Positions 1 through 10,613 of a DNA stretch of 64,000 bases are shown here, one piece after another. The notes under the pieces are model-generated. The model was given only the letters and a program-made list of their open reading frames with translations. It made no database searches and was not told where the DNA came from. This DNA comes from an uncultured Eggerthellaceae bacterium. Lineage in GTDB: Bacteria > Actinomycetota > Coriobacteriia > Coriobacteriales > Eggerthellaceae. Both the position numbers and the translations under genes were made by a program. The DNA is taken from contig CALELU010000100.1 of assembly GCA_937902685.1 (NCBI GenBank), positions 1,412 to 65,411 on the forward strand, written 5' to 3'. Numbering within the stretch: position 1 is the first letter of the stretch; each line of letters begins with the position of its first letter.

Positions 1-428
1 TCGTTGAGATACCGCTGCACCGAGTCGTTCTGAAACACATCGGAATACTGCGCATACAGGCCGTTGGCCGAGTTCATCAGGTCGTTGATATAACCCGGGA
101 CGCTTTGGATGAGGTTTGAAAACTGGCCGCCAAAACCAAACGCCGGAGAGAACATCAAGAAGAACACCAACGCCAAGACAACCACCATCAGCACATAGGC
201 GATGCCGGTTCCCACAACGCGCGGAACCCCTTTAGCCTCCAGCTTGTTCACCGTGCCACGCAGGCAGAACACGATGACAAGCGTCCACAGCATTATTCCA
301 ACGGGCACGCTTAAGATGTTTATGAGATACACGACAACGCCCGTAAGCAAAATGCCGCCTACGATAGTCCACACAAGCAAAAACCAGTGCTTGGTTCTTT
401 CCATACGTTGGTCTACGTTGTCTGACAC
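1..428 (-). CDS. AI-2E family transporter, N-terminal part (runs off the window edge)
   Basis: Manual minus-strand translation from GTG 428 (or ATG 404): MERTKHWFLLVWTIVGGILL...LRGTVNKLEAKGVPRVVGTGIAY, a hydrophobic AI-2E/PerM-like pattern. Confidence 0.65.
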   Translation of the reverse strand, partial: MSDNVDQRMERTKHWFLLVWTIVGGILLTGVVVYLINILSVPVGIMLWTLVIVFCLRGTVNKLEAKGVPRVVGTGIAYVLMVVVLALVFFLMFSPAFGFGGQFSNLIQSVPGYINDLMNSANGLYAQYSDVFQNDSVQRYLN

Positions 429-459
429 CTACATCGACCCCTTGCCACGCAATGCCAAC

Positions 460-1062
460 TTATTCTTTGGGCTTGGTTTCGCCGTACGTGAAATAGGCGG
501 GCTGGTCGTCAGCGTCGGCCTCTATCGTTGCGGAAGTTTGGGCCGCTGCGGACTGCTGAGCTTCCCCAGCAGCATCGTCGGCAGCACCAGCCAAAGCTGC
601 TGCCTGAGCCTTTGCCTTTGCCTCGCCCAACGCGATGGACTCATCGCTGGCACGCTTTGCTTTTAGCTTGTCGCGCACTTTGGCTGTAACGTTGTTCATA
701 ATTTCCACAGGCGCGTTCGTGACGGTTTCAACTGCACCAACGGCATTAGAGGCGGAATCGGTGATTTCGCTTACGTCTTCAAGAATTTGGTCTACACGCA
801 TAATCTCAAGATTTGCAGCATCAACCGTCAAAGAGACGCGATCAACCAGCGGGTCGACTTTGTCGGCCACAGGCTCGAGCGATTTCGTGATGCGCTGCAC
901 GCTCTCAAGCGCCGGATCAAGCTGTTGCTTCATCTCGTCAACCGTGGTGCGCGTTTTTCGAACCGTCATGATGAGCTCAACCACAAACCACACAAGCGCA
1001 ATGCCAACCACAACGTACACAACGGGCAACACCACGCCCATAATCTCGCCGAATTCCACCAA
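460..1062 (-). CDS. DUF948/YoxC-like membrane-anchored coiled-coil protein
   Basis: One N-terminal TM helix followed by heptad-like helical repeats. Confidence 0.6.
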   Translation of the reverse strand: MVEFGEIMGVVLPVVYVVVGIALVWFVVELIMTVRKTRTTVDEMKQQLDPALESVQRITKSLEPVADKVDPLVDRVSLTVDAANLEIMRVDQILEDVSEITDSASNAVGAVETVTNAPVEIMNNVTAKVRDKLKAKRASDESIALGEAKAKAQAAALAGAADDAAGEAQQSAAAQTSATIEADADDQPAYFTYGETKPKE

Positions 1063-1176
1063 ACGCCTCCTTTATATGCCACAGTCTTGGGCCACTATAG
1101 CACGCCCGGCAAAATAGTAACCAATGCGCGCAGCGGTTTACACCCGCCATTCATAGCGGTTGCGCAGCGGTTACCT

Positions 1177-2592
1177 TCACTTAGACGTGGGGTTATTATC
1201 CGACGCTCCAGCGCTTTCATTGCCGGACGCGGGAGCCTTCCCACCCGCCTGTTGTTGCGCGCGCAACGCCGCGGCATGGGCAGCCTGGGCGCGATCACGC
1301 GCGGTGGCTTCAACGCGATACGCTTCCCACCCGCGCTCGGACGGATGATAGAAGCACCCACGCTCCAAACCCTCAGGCAAGTAGCGCTGATCTACCCAGC
1401 CACCTGGGTAGTTGTGCGGGTATTTGTACTCGCCATAGTTTTCCGAGCCGGGGCGATGACGGTCGCGCAGGTAATCGGGCACGTCGCGTTTTGGCCCATG
1501 GCGCACTTCGGCAAGCGCGGCGTCTATGCCCGCTTCGGCGGCGTTGCTTTTCGGAGCAAGCGCAATGTACACCGCCGCCTGCGCTAGATTGATGCGGCAT
1601 TCCGGATAGCCGATAACCTCGGCGGCCTTAAACGCCGCCTCTGCCACCAGCAGCGCCTGCGGATCGGCGTTGCCCACGTCTTCAGACGCGTGAATGAACA
1701 TGCGCCGCGCAATGTACTTCGGATCTTCGCCGCCGTCGATCATGCGCGCCAACCAGTACAGCGCGGCGTCAGGGTCAGACCCGCGCATCGATTTGATGAA
1801 CGCGGATATGATGTCGTAATGCATGTCTTTGTTCTTGTCGTAAGGCAAAGCGCGATGCGGCGTTGCGCTTTCAACCTGCGCCTTCGTGATTACTGCAGGG
1901 TTTTCCCGCGTACCGGGCTTTTGCATGCCCGCCGCAAGCTCAAGCGTGGTAAGCGACGCACGGCCATCACCGCCCGCCAGCAGCACAATTGCGCTGCGCG
2001 CATCGGGCTGCAACCGATAACGGCCCGCCAAGCCGCGCTCGTCTTGCACCGCACGATCAACCAAGCGGGCGATATCCCCGTCGGACAGCCCGTGCAGCTC
2101 GACCACGCGCGAACGGCTGATAAGCGCGGAATTCACCTCGAAAAACGGGTTTTCCGTGGTAGCACCCACCAACACCACCACGCGGTTTTCAACCGCATGT
2201 AGCAACGCGTCCTGTTGGCTGCGGTTAAAGCGGTGAATTTCGTCTACGAACAAAATGGTGCGCGAACCGTTGAGCGCCAAGCGCTTTTCGGCAGCGTCTA
2301 TTTCGCGCCGCAAATCAGACACGGTGCCGCCAATGGCCGACACTTCCACGAACGCGGCTTTCGTGGTTTCGGCGATAACGTGCGCAATGGACGTTTTCCC
2401 TGTTCCTGCAGGGCCGTATAAAATAACGGAGCTTACGTTGTCCTGCTCGATTGCCGTGCGCAGCCAGCTGCCCGGCCCCACCGCGTCAACCTGCCCTACC
2501 ACGTCCTCAAGCGTGCGCGGGCGCATGCGCACCGCCAGCGGTGCTACCTGCTGCTTACGTTCGTTTTCCATTGCGGTGAAAAGTGTGTCCAT
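1177..2592 (-). CDS. rarA: Replication-associated recombination protein A (RarA/MgsA AAA+ ATPase)
   Basis: PLAVRMRP, Walker A GPAGTGKT, DEIHRFN, ATTENP and SAFIKSMRGSDPDAA motifs. Confidence 0.95.
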   Translation of the reverse strand: MDTLFTAMENERKQQVAPLAVRMRPRTLEDVVGQVDAVGPGSWLRTAIEQDNVSSVILYGPAGTGKTSIAHVIAETTKAAFVEVSAIGGTVSDLRREIDAAEKRLALNGSRTILFVDEIHRFNRSQQDALLHAVENRVVVLVGATTENPFFEVNSALISRSRVVELHGLSDGDIARLVDRAVQDERGLAGRYRLQPDARSAIVLLAGGDGRASLTTLELAAGMQKPGTRENPAVITKAQVESATPHRALPYDKNKDMHYDIISAFIKSMRGSDPDAALYWLARMIDGGEDPKYIARRMFIHASEDVGNADPQALLVAEAAFKAAEVIGYPECRINLAQAAVYIALAPKSNAAEAGIDAALAEVRHGPKRDVPDYLRDRHRPGSENYGEYKYPHNYPGGWVDQRYLPEGLERGCFYHPSERGWEAYRVEATARDRAQAAHAAALRAQQQAGGKAPASGNESAGASDNNPTSK

Positions 2593-2762
2593 ACGCGCCC
2601 CTTGCTTGATTGCTAGGCACCCATCATAACATGCGAACGTTTGTTTGCCTAGAAGAAAAATCAGGCGTGCTTTGCCAACGAAAAATCCTTATGCGCACGC
2701 CAGCGCGCCCCTTGCAAACATTCAGGTTACGCTCTGCAACGTTTCGGGGAACCTGTCAAGAC

Positions 2763-2790
2763 TTTACTTTGATTTGAAGCCCCATATACT
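2763..2790 (+). promoter_or_regulatory. Sigma-70-type promoter of the 6S RNA
   Basis: TTTACT-N16-TATACT directly upstream of the RNA closing stem. Confidence 0.6.
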
Positions 2791-2796
2791 CAAAGA

Positions 2797-2970
2797 CAGG
2801 TTCCGCCCTTGTAGCCGTACTTTTGCGATGGACCGATGCTATTTATGAGGGAGCTCAAGATAGCCTGTGAAACGGAGATTCGCGCCCGTTGGCACGAAAG
2901 CCGGGAAGCATGCTGCGAGCACCCACCTTGACTGAGGTGGGTTCATCCTTCCGGCCAGGGGCGGGACTTT
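2797..2970 (+). ncRNA. ssrS: 6S RNA
   Basis: About 175 nt. Ends pair (GTTCCGCCCTTG / CAGGGGCGGGAC) and are followed by a T-run. Internal GGGAGC and CACCCACCT...AGGTGGGTTCA resemble Gram-positive 6S RNAs, and it lies next to rarA. Confidence 0.8.
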
Positions 2971-2971
2971 T

Positions 2972-4405
2972 TTATGCCCCGGGAAATTTCAGCACAAACG
3001 TGGTGCCCTCGCCCGGCGCACCTTCCACGCTGATAACGCCACGGTGGTACTGCACCGCATGCTTCACGATGGCCAGGCCAAGCCCCGTGCCACCCGTTTC
3101 CTTCGAACGGCTTTTATCCAAGCGGAAAAAGCGCTGAAACACCTTCTCACGCGCCTCAACGGGAATGCCCGGGCCCGTGTCGGCAACGCGCACCGTTACC
3201 ACCGAGTTTATGTCGCCCTCGGCGCCCGCTTCGCGCAACGTGGCAATATCTTGTTGCGATGCCGAATCCTGCGACACGCTTACGGTAACGCTTCCGCCTT
3301 CGTGGTTGTAGCGCACGCCGTTTTCGATAAGGTTGTACAGCATTTCCTCGGCAAGCGTCTCGCTGCCGCGAATGAGCGCTTCATCTCCCATAACTTGGAT
3401 GGAAACGCCCTGGTCAGCCGCAAACGACGTCAAACGCCCCGCCATGCGCTCAGCAACGGCCTTCGCATCAATGGGCAGCTCCTCGCGCGTAAACGCGCTT
3501 TCGTCAAGCTTCGACAGCGTGAGCACGTCGTTGATAAGGCCACGCATCGCTTGCGCCTCGTCGTAAATAAGGCCTGCGAATTTCTGACGGTCGCCGGGCA
3601 ACACCATATCGTTTTTCATAAGCTCCGCGTAGCCCGAGATAACCTGCAAGGGCGTTTTCATCTCGTGACTTACGTTGCTTGAGAAGTCGCGGCGCATACT
3701 TTCCGCTTCGGCAAGCTCTTTGTTCTGCTTTTTAAGCAGCACCTGCTGGTCGTCGATGCGACGCAGCAAGGGCACCATTTCCTCGTAGATCTCATTTTCC
3801 AGCGGTTCGGCCATGTCAAGCGCGTCAATGGGTTTCATGATGTGCTTTGTGAGCGCGCGGGACAGCAAAAACACCAGCCCCGCCGCAACCACCAGCGCAA
3901 CAAGCACGGGAATGAGCATCTCGCCTAGAAACGCGAACAGCGAATGGCGCGTTTCCGACAAGCGCACAATGCGCCCATCGGAAAGCTTTTCGGCCGCATA
4001 CACGGTGTCGGTGCCAAGCGTGTCGGAATAGCGCATGCTCACAGCTCCGCCCGCGCGCGCAGCTTCTTGCACTTCAGGCCGCGTGGCGTGGTTGTCCATA
4101 AGGTTGGCATCGGCTTGACTGTCGTACAGCACCAGGCCGCTTTCGCTGATAAGCGTGTAGCGCGTTGCCCCGCTGAACTGCTGCGACAGCATGGTAGTGG
4201 CATCGGTGGACGGCGCATCGTTAAGATACGACGCCGCACGGCTTGCCGCATCGGAAAGAGCACGCTCGGCATCGTGCTCGTACGAGAAGTAGAAAATGCT
4301 GGTGATGACCACCGCAAATGCCAGCACAATGCCAAGCGTGAACGCTAAAACGCTATTGAAGATGCGACCCGAAAGGTTTTTAACGTGATTGCTTGTAGGG
4401 CTCAT
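2972..4405 (-). CDS. phoR: PhoR-like sensor histidine kinase
   Basis: Two TMs, H-box NVSHEMKTPL, NLIENG, DTGPGI and GGTGLGLAI; last gene of the pst-pho cluster. Confidence 0.85.
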   Translation of the reverse strand: MSPTSNHVKNLSGRIFNSVLAFTLGIVLAFAVVITSIFYFSYEHDAERALSDAASRAASYLNDAPSTDATTMLSQQFSGATRYTLISESGLVLYDSQADANLMDNHATRPEVQEAARAGGAVSMRYSDTLGTDTVYAAEKLSDGRIVRLSETRHSLFAFLGEMLIPVLVALVVAAGLVFLLSRALTKHIMKPIDALDMAEPLENEIYEEMVPLLRRIDDQQVLLKKQNKELAEAESMRRDFSSNVSHEMKTPLQVISGYAELMKNDMVLPGDRQKFAGLIYDEAQAMRGLINDVLTLSKLDESAFTREELPIDAKAVAERMAGRLTSFAADQGVSIQVMGDEALIRGSETLAEEMLYNLIENGVRYNHEGGSVTVSVSQDSASQQDIATLREAGAEGDINSVVTVRVADTGPGIPVEAREKVFQRFFRLDKSRSKETGGTGLGLAIVKHAVQYHRGVISVEGAPGEGTTFVLKFPGA

Positions 4406-4414
4406 GCGTCAACC

Positions 4415-5107
4415 CTATTCCGCCTGCTTCATGCAGTAGCCTACGCCGCGAACGGTTTTAATGTAGCCGTCAGCACCCGAACACGCATTGGACAGTTTCT
4501 GGCGCAGCGTTTGAATGTGCACGTCCACCGTGCGCGTCTCGCCCACAAACGTCATGCCCCACACGTCTTCAAGCAGCTGGCCGCGCGACAACACGCGCCC
4601 CTCGTTTTTCATAAGCGCGCGCAGCAAATCGAACTCTTTGAGCGTAAGCTCAACGGTAGTACCACCTGCGGTAACGGTGTGCGCCATTACGCTCAGCTCA
4701 ATGGGCCCGCACACAAGATCGTCACCCGGCGCAGCCACCGGCGCGGCGGCGCGACGCAGCAGCGCGTTCACGCGGCTGACCAGTTCCATCATGCCAAACG
4801 GCTTTGCCAAGTAATCATCGGCACCAGCGTCAAGGCCTACTACTTTATCGAATTCCGTGCCCTTTGCCGTAAGCATCATGATGGGCAGATGCTTCGTGGA
4901 ATGATCGACGCGCAACCGGCGCAGCACCTCAAGGCCGTCCATTTCGGGCAGCATGATGTCAAGCAGCACCAGGTCGGGAACGTTTTCACGGCAGGCGGCG
5001 AAAAACTCGCGAGCATTCGCAAACCCGGTGGCGCTCAAGCCAGCTTGACGCAACGCGTACACCGTTAAATCACGAATGTTGGTGTCATCTTCCAAATAGT
5101 AAATCAT
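4415..5107 (-). CDS. phoB: PhoB/PhoP-like OmpR-family response regulator
   Basis: Start re-picked at MIYYLEDD; LLDIMLP, GADDYLAKPF and the winged helix RTVDVHIQTLRQKL. Confidence 0.85.
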   Translation of the reverse strand: MIYYLEDDTNIRDLTVYALRQAGLSATGFANAREFFAACRENVPDLVLLDIMLPEMDGLEVLRRLRVDHSTKHLPIMMLTAKGTEFDKVVGLDAGADDYLAKPFGMMELVSRVNALLRRAAAPVAAPGDDLVCGPIELSVMAHTVTAGGTTVELTLKEFDLLRALMKNEGRVLSRGQLLEDVWGMTFVGETRTVDVHIQTLRQKLSNACSGADGYIKTVRGVGYCMKQAE

Positions 5108-5233
5108 CGCTTCCGCCCTTACCCGCTCTGAAAGTCCCGGCCACTCGCAGGGCCTGCGCTTCTCTTCGCGCAATATACCCAGGTCACCATAGCACGCTTT
5201 ACCCGTTGCTGCCCAGGTGCATATATCCGCCTG

Positions 5234-5257
5234 CAAGGTTTTACGCTCCCTTTACAA
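5234..5257 (-). promoter_or_regulatory. Candidate Pho box upstream of phoB
   Basis: CAAGGTTTTAC-N7-TTACAA; the same motif occurs upstream of pstS. Confidence 0.55.
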
Positions 5258-5265
5258 TACGGGCT

Positions 5266-5940
5266 TTATACTTCTTCCCTGCCTGCGTCGGGCAGCGTAT
5301 GCTCGCCTGTTGCGCGGAAAACTGCCCAGCTTGCAATACGCTGCGCGTCGTCGCCCATGCGCTCGAAGTACTTCGCAACCATCAAAAGCTCCGTAAGATG
5401 ACGCGCGCCCGCGTTCTCGCTGCGAATCAAATCCACAACCACCTGCTCACAGCGATCATACAGGTCGTCCACCGTATCGTCCATGGCGTACACGCGCTGC
5501 GCCAGAGCCACATCCGCATCGGCAAACGCCTTCGCCGCCAGGGCAACCATGTTCGACACCGCATCCGTTGCCTGCCTGAACTCGTCAGACAGATGAGAGA
5601 CGGCCTTCGGCGTAAGCTGCTGCGACAGATACGCCACGTCGCGCGTCATCTCGTCGATGTGCGTAAGGTCGCTTACGATGCGGAACGCACCTGTAACCTC
5701 TCGCAGGTCATCGGCCACCAAGGGCTGCTGCATCAGCATGATGTCAAGGCACCTGTCCTCAATGGACGCGCGCAAACGACGGCTCATCTTGCCGCCCGCA
5801 ATCACCCGCTCGCCCGCCTCGGCATCGCCGGCAAGCGCACGACCGGCGGCACGCACATCAAGCACCGATTTCTCACCAAGCTGGTTGATAAGCGCGCTTA
5901 AGTCCTCCAGCTTCTCGATATATTTCGTGCGAGTTTGCAT
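5266..5940 (-). CDS. phoU: Phosphate signalling protein PhoU
   Basis: QQP..DDLR, DDTVDDLY and YFERMGD repeats; pst context. Confidence 0.9.
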   Translation of the reverse strand: MQTRTKYIEKLEDLSALINQLGEKSVLDVRAAGRALAGDAEAGERVIAGGKMSRRLRASIEDRCLDIMLMQQPLVADDLREVTGAFRIVSDLTHIDEMTRDVAYLSQQLTPKAVSHLSDEFRQATDAVSNMVALAAKAFADADVALAQRVYAMDDTVDDLYDRCEQVVVDLIRSENAGARHLTELLMVAKYFERMGDDAQRIASWAVFRATGEHTLPDAGREEV

Positions 5941-6725
5941 TAGCTGAACCTTCCCGTCAGGTAATCCTTCGTTTTCTGCTGCGCAGGGTTGCTGAACAGC
6001 TGCTTGGTGGGGCCAGCCTCAATAAGCTCGCCCAGGTAGAAAAACGCGGTTTTGTCCGCAACGCGCGTGGCTTGCTGCATGTTGTGCGTCACAACCACCA
6101 CCGTGTGCTCACGCGCCAGCTGTACCATCAGCTCTTCGATCAGCGCCGTGGAAATAGGGTCAAGCGCGCTGGTGGGCTCATCCATAAGCAGCACCTCGGG
6201 CTTTGTTGCCAGCGCACGCGCAATGCACAAGCGCTGCTGCTGGCCGCCGGAAAGCCCCAGCCCGCTTTCGCCCAGCTTATCGCGCACCTCATCCCATAAG
6301 CCCGCGTCGCGCAAACACCGCTCCACCAGCTCGTCGGCATCGACCTTCGGCAACTTGCCCATGCGGCGCGGACCGTACAAAACGTTGTCGCGGATAGACA
6401 TGGGAAACGGGTTGGGATGCTGAAACACCATGCCCACCCGCACGCGCAACGCATAGGCATCGCCGGCGAAAATATCCTGCCCAGCCACTTCGATGGAGCC
6501 CTGCGTACGCACGCTTGGCACAAAATCGCACATGCGGTTGAACGTGCGCAGCAGCGTTGACTTACCGCAACCCGAAGGGCCGATAAAGGCCGTGGCGCGA
6601 TTTTTCGGGATGTCGAGCGTGATGTCCTTCAACGCCTGGAAGTCGTCGTACCACAGGTTGAAATCGCGGATGGAGATCATGGGCTCATCCTTCGCCACGG
6701 CATCGTTGATTATCGTGTTCGCCAT
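5940..6725 (-). CDS. pstB: Phosphate ABC transporter ATP-binding protein PstB (copy 2)
   Basis: [42 protein letters not shown] and YLTGRF. Confidence 0.93.
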   Translation of the reverse strand: MANTIINDAVAKDEPMISIRDFNLWYDDFQALKDITLDIPKNRATAFIGPSGCGKSTLLRTFNRMCDFVPSVRTQGSIEVAGQDIFAGDAYALRVRVGMVFQHPNPFPMSIRDNVLYGPRRMGKLPKVDADELVERCLRDAGLWDEVRDKLGESGLGLSGGQQQRLCIARALATKPEVLLMDEPTSALDPISTALIEELMVQLAREHTVVVVTHNMQQATRVADKTAFFYLGELIEAGPTKQLFSNPAQQKTKDYLTGRFS

Positions 6726-6729
6726 ACGA

Positions 6730-7533
6730 TCAGCCGAACCTTCCCGTCAGGTAGTCTTGCAAACGCTTGTCTTTCGGCTGGCTGAACAGCTGCTTCGTCG
6801 GCCCAGTTTCCACCATATCGCCCACGTAGAAAAACGCCGTCCTGTCCGATACGCGCGTGGCCTGCTCCATGTTGTGCGTCACGATGATGGCGCAAATGCC
6901 CGCCTGGGCAATGGAGCGGATGGTTTCTTCCACCGTGAACGTGGAAATGGGGTCAAGAGCGCTGCACGGCTCGTCGAACAGCACCACGTCAGGGTGCATG
7001 GCAAGCGTGCGCGCAATGCACAAGCGCTGCTGCTGGCCACCGGACAGCGCCATGGCGCTGTGGTCAAGCTTGTCCTTCACCTCGTCCCACAGCGCGCCGG
7101 CACGCAAGCTTTCCTCAACAAGCGCATCCGCCTCGTCGCGCCCGCGCACCAAGCCGTGGCGTTTCGGAGCGAACAGAATGTTGTCGCGGATGGACTTGCG
7201 AAACGGCGTAGGCTGCTGGAACACCATGCCGATGGACTTGCGCAGCTCGAACAGGTTTTCCTTGCGCGTGTTGATGTTGCGCCCGTGATAGTGCACCTCG
7301 CCGCCTATTTTGCACTTGGGGATTTCGCGGTTCATAAGGTTCAGGCAGCGCAAAAACGTTGACTTGCCGCAACCGGAAGGGCCGATAAGCGCCGCGACTT
7401 CACCTGCCGCAAACGCAAGATCGGTGGGATGCAGCGCTTCGTTGCCCGCGTAGGACACAGTTAACCCATGCGTTTGCACCAGCGGCCCTGCGGTTGGCGC
7501 AGCCTGCGCCGCACCTTCGTTTTCCCTTGTCAT
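6730..7533 (-). CDS. pstB: Phosphate ABC transporter ATP-binding protein PstB (copy 1)
   Basis: Same PstB motifs; ATG 7533 overlaps the pstA stop (ATGA). Confidence 0.92.
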   Translation of the reverse strand: MTRENEGAAQAAPTAGPLVQTHGLTVSYAGNEALHPTDLAFAAGEVAALIGPSGCGKSTFLRCLNLMNREIPKCKIGGEVHYHGRNINTRKENLFELRKSIGMVFQQPTPFRKSIRDNILFAPKRHGLVRGRDEADALVEESLRAGALWDEVKDKLDHSAMALSGGQQQRLCIARTLAMHPDVVLFDEPCSALDPISTFTVEETIRSIAQAGICAIIVTHNMEQATRVSDRTAFFYVGDMVETGPTKQLFSQPKDKRLQDYLTGRFG

Positions 7534-8447
7534 TCGCTTGTCAGCCTCCTTTCCAGATACTTGCCGATCACGCGTGCCAAAATGTTGAACAGCAGAATGC
7601 ACACCATCAGCACGGCAGCCGTGCCGTTTGAGATGGCCGTCAGGTCAGGCACCACGCCTTCGCTGTTGATCTTCCAAATATGCACCGCCAGCGTTTCTGC
7701 CGGGCGGAACACGTTCCACGGACATGCCGGGCTGGTAAGGTCGAAGTTCGTGAAATCAAGCACGGGGGCCGATTGCCCTGCCGTGAAGATAAGCGCTGCA
7801 GCTTCACCGAACACGCGGCCAGCAGACAGCACCACGCCGGTGACGATGGCGGGCATTGCGGCAGGAAGCAGCACGTGGATGGTGGTTTCCCAACGTGTCA
7901 GACCCATTGCCAGGCCCGCGTCGCGCTGGCTGCGCGGCACATCTTCAAGCGCTTGCTGGATAACGCGCACCAAAATGGGGATGTTGAACATGGTGAGCGC
8001 CACCGCGCCGGCGATGATGGAAAAGCCCCATCCCATATACAGCACAAAGAACAGAAAACCGAACAGGCCCACCACGATAGACGGCAAACTCGACAGCGTT
8101 TCGATGGCCGTTTTCGCCACCGCCGTTGCCGCGTTGTCCGGCGCGTACTGCGACAGGAAAATGGCCGCGCCCAGCGAAAGCGGCACGCTGATAAGCAGCG
8201 TGAGCACCAGTAGATAGAAGCTGTTGAACAGCTCGGGGCCAATGCCGCCGCCCTCTTTGAACTGCTGCGGCTTGCCCGTAAGGAAGCTCACGTCGAACAG
8301 CTTCGGCGCTCCGGCTACCAAGATGTACACCACGATAGCCGCCAGCATAATCATGACGAACGCCACGATAGCGGTTAGGATGCCGGTAGCAATGCGGTCT
8401 TGCCGGTTGATGCGGCGCACGTGCGCCGCCATGTTGAAGTTAGCCAC
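7530..8447 (-). CDS. pstA: Phosphate ABC transporter permease PstA
   Basis: LSSLPSIVVGLFG, GRVFGEAAAL and AETLAVHIW. Confidence 0.93.
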   Translation of the reverse strand: MANFNMAAHVRRINRQDRIATGILTAIVAFVMIMLAAIVVYILVAGAPKLFDVSFLTGKPQQFKEGGGIGPELFNSFYLLVLTLLISVPLSLGAAIFLSQYAPDNAATAVAKTAIETLSSLPSIVVGLFGFLFFVLYMGWGFSIIAGAVALTMFNIPILVRVIQQALEDVPRSQRDAGLAMGLTRWETTIHVLLPAAMPAIVTGVVLSAGRVFGEAAALIFTAGQSAPVLDFTNFDLTSPACPWNVFRPAETLAVHIWKINSEGVVPDLTAISNGTAAVLMVCILLFNILARVIGKYLERRLTSE

Positions 8448-9516
8448 GCTTTGCCGCCCCCTTGCGCCCGATAAGGTGAATGATCATGATGAACACAAGC
8501 GACATGACCAGCAGCAGCAGCGCCAACGACCACAGCACATCGTTGTACACCGTGCCCATAGCCTCGTTGCCCATGCCCATGGTAAGCACGCTTGTAAGCG
8601 TAGACGCGGGCGTGAACAGGCCCGATGGCATTTGAATGGCGTTGCCGATAACCATTTGCACAGCCAACGCCTCGCCAAAGGCGCGCGTCATGCCCAAAAT
8701 CACGGCCGTCATAAGCGAGGGCGCGGAGCTTTTCAGCACCACGTTCCAAATGGTTTGCCACCGCGTGCATCCCAGCGCATAGCTGCCTTCGCGATATTCC
8801 TGCGGCACGGCGGCCAGCGCATCAATGGACAAGCTGGTGATGGTGGGCAAGATCATGACGGCAAGCACGATTGCGCTTGAGAATATGCCGAAGCCGGTGA
8901 TGGTTTGCCCCATGGCATCGGCCGCGCCGCGCACCCACGCAACGATAACCGTTAGGCCGATCAGGCCATAGACCACCGACGGAATGCCCACCAGCAGCTC
9001 CACGAGCGGTTGGAACACGCGGCGCCCAAAGCGCGGCGCCACTTCCACCACGAAAATAGCGCTACCAAATGCAATGGGCAGCGCGAACAGGGTTGACAGC
9101 AACGTTACGGAAAACGAGCCGGCAATCATGGGCAGCGCGCCTACCGTGGGCATGCCGTTCACGTCGTCCTGATGCGGGTTCCACGTAGTTCCCGTCAAAA
9201 ACGACCCCAAATCTATGCCGTCGGCGGTAAACGTTGCAATGCCGCGCCCGGCAACCATGGCCACGAGCGTGACAACAAGAAGCGCCACGAGCACAATGCA
9301 CGCGCCCGTGACGCCCCTGCCAACCCGCTCAATCATCTGTTTCGTCAGCCTACCGGCTGACGAACCTCTCGACACTGCGGCCAGTTGAGGCACCCCGCCT
9401 TGCGGCGAAGTCGAAGGCTTGCGTACCGAAGTACGCGGCGCCTCCGCCTTCCCCACAATTCGGGGCACCTCAACTGCCCTCGCTGACTTTCGTTGAATCT
9501 GCGAGTCTTTCTTCAT
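8440..9516 (-). CDS. pstC: Phosphate ABC transporter permease PstC
   Basis: ELLVGIPSVVYGL and RAFGEALAVQMVIGN; about 60 aa basic N-terminal extension. Confidence 0.93.
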   Translation of the reverse strand: MKKDSQIQRKSARAVEVPRIVGKAEAPRTSVRKPSTSPQGGVPQLAAVSRGSSAGRLTKQMIERVGRGVTGACIVLVALLVVTLVAMVAGRGIATFTADGIDLGSFLTGTTWNPHQDDVNGMPTVGALPMIAGSFSVTLLSTLFALPIAFGSAIFVVEVAPRFGRRVFQPLVELLVGIPSVVYGLIGLTVIVAWVRGAADAMGQTITGFGIFSSAIVLAVMILPTITSLSIDALAAVPQEYREGSYALGCTRWQTIWNVVLKSSAPSLMTAVILGMTRAFGEALAVQMVIGNAIQMPSGLFTPASTLTSVLTMGMGNEAMGTVYNDVLWSLALLLLVMSLVFIMIIHLIGRKGAAKRG

Positions 9517-10472
9517 TACTTGTTAGAAACCTTGCCGCTTGCGTCTTTCTCCACCTTCATGCCAGACATGGGGATATAGCCCTGCTGCTCAACCAGGCCG
9601 CCCTGCACTTCGTCGCCCATCATGTACTCGATGAACGCCTTCGTGGCCTCGTCGGGGCTTGCGGCGGTGTACATGTGCTCGTAGGACCAGATCTTCCAGG
9701 AGTTGTCCTCCACGTTCTTGGAAGTAGGCTCAACGCCGTCAACCTTTAGCGCCTTGAAGCTGCTGTCGTAATAGGAGAACGCCACATAGGAAATGGCGCC
9801 GGGCGTGCTGGCAACCATCTTGGCGGCCGTGCCCGAGGAATCCTGCTCCTGCGGCTTAAAGGAATCGGGCACCTTCGTGCCGGCCAGCACCGCGTCCTCG
9901 AACGTGGCGCGCGTGCCGGAGCCGGATGCACGGTTGATGACGGTAATCGGCTCGTCAGCGCCGCCCACTTCGCTCCAGTTGGTAATCTCGCCCATGAAGA
10001 TCTTCTTCAGGTCCTCAAGCTTGATGTCGCTTACCGTGACGTCGTTGTTCACAATGGGGCCCATGCCAACGATGCATACCTTGTTGTCGGCGATCTTGGA
10101 AATGTCGGAAGAATCCTTCAACTTCGACTCGGCGAACACGTCGGAGTTTCCAATTTGCACGGCACCCTGGGCAATCTGCGTGACGCCCTGACCCGAGCCG
10201 CCGCCCTGAACGGTAATCTGAACGCCAGGGTTTTCCTGCATGAACTGCTCGGCGGCCGCCTCGCACAGCGGCTGCAGCGCGGTAGAACCAACCGCCGTGA
10301 TGGTGCCGGAAAGCGCCTTCTTCTCAGCCGTGGTGCTAGACGAGCTTGCGGACGTACCCTCAGAAGCGCTGTTCGAGCTTCCGCAGCCTGCCAGGCCAAA
10401 ACCCGCAACGGCCAGCGCGGACATGCCCGCAATGCCGATGAAGCTGCGGCGGCTGATGTAAGAACCCTGCAT
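9516..10472 (-). CDS. pstS: Phosphate-binding lipoprotein PstS with Tat signal
   Basis: Start MQGSYISRRSF after RBS GAAGGGAG; lipobox LAGC; GSTALQP, GGGSGQG and RASGSGTRATF. Confidence 0.93.
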   Translation of the reverse strand: MQGSYISRRSFIGIAGMSALAVAGFGLAGCGSSNSASEGTSASSSSTTAEKKALSGTITAVGSTALQPLCEAAAEQFMQENPGVQITVQGGGSGQGVTQIAQGAVQIGNSDVFAESKLKDSSDISKIADNKVCIVGMGPIVNNDVTVSDIKLEDLKKIFMGEITNWSEVGGADEPITVINRASGSGTRATFEDAVLAGTKVPDSFKPQEQDSSGTAAKMVASTPGAISYVAFSYYDSSFKALKVDGVEPTSKNVEDNSWKIWSYEHMYTAASPDEATKAFIEYMMGDEVQGGLVEQQGYIPMSGMKVEKDASGKVSNK

Positions 10473-10589
10473 GATACGTGTTCTCCCTTCGGATGATTTC
10501 TCTCTTAAATCATGTGAGCTTGCGAAGGGGATACTACGCGGCCGAAGAACGCAGCTGCGCGGCAATAGCCGTCTATGACCGAAGCGTGA

Positions 10590-10613
10590 CAAGGTTTTAC
10601 TGCGCGCTTACAA
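10590..10613 (-). promoter_or_regulatory. Candidate Pho box upstream of pstS
   Basis: CAAGGTTTTAC-N7-TTACAA, with further TTTACA half-sites at 10629 and 10659. Confidence 0.55.
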
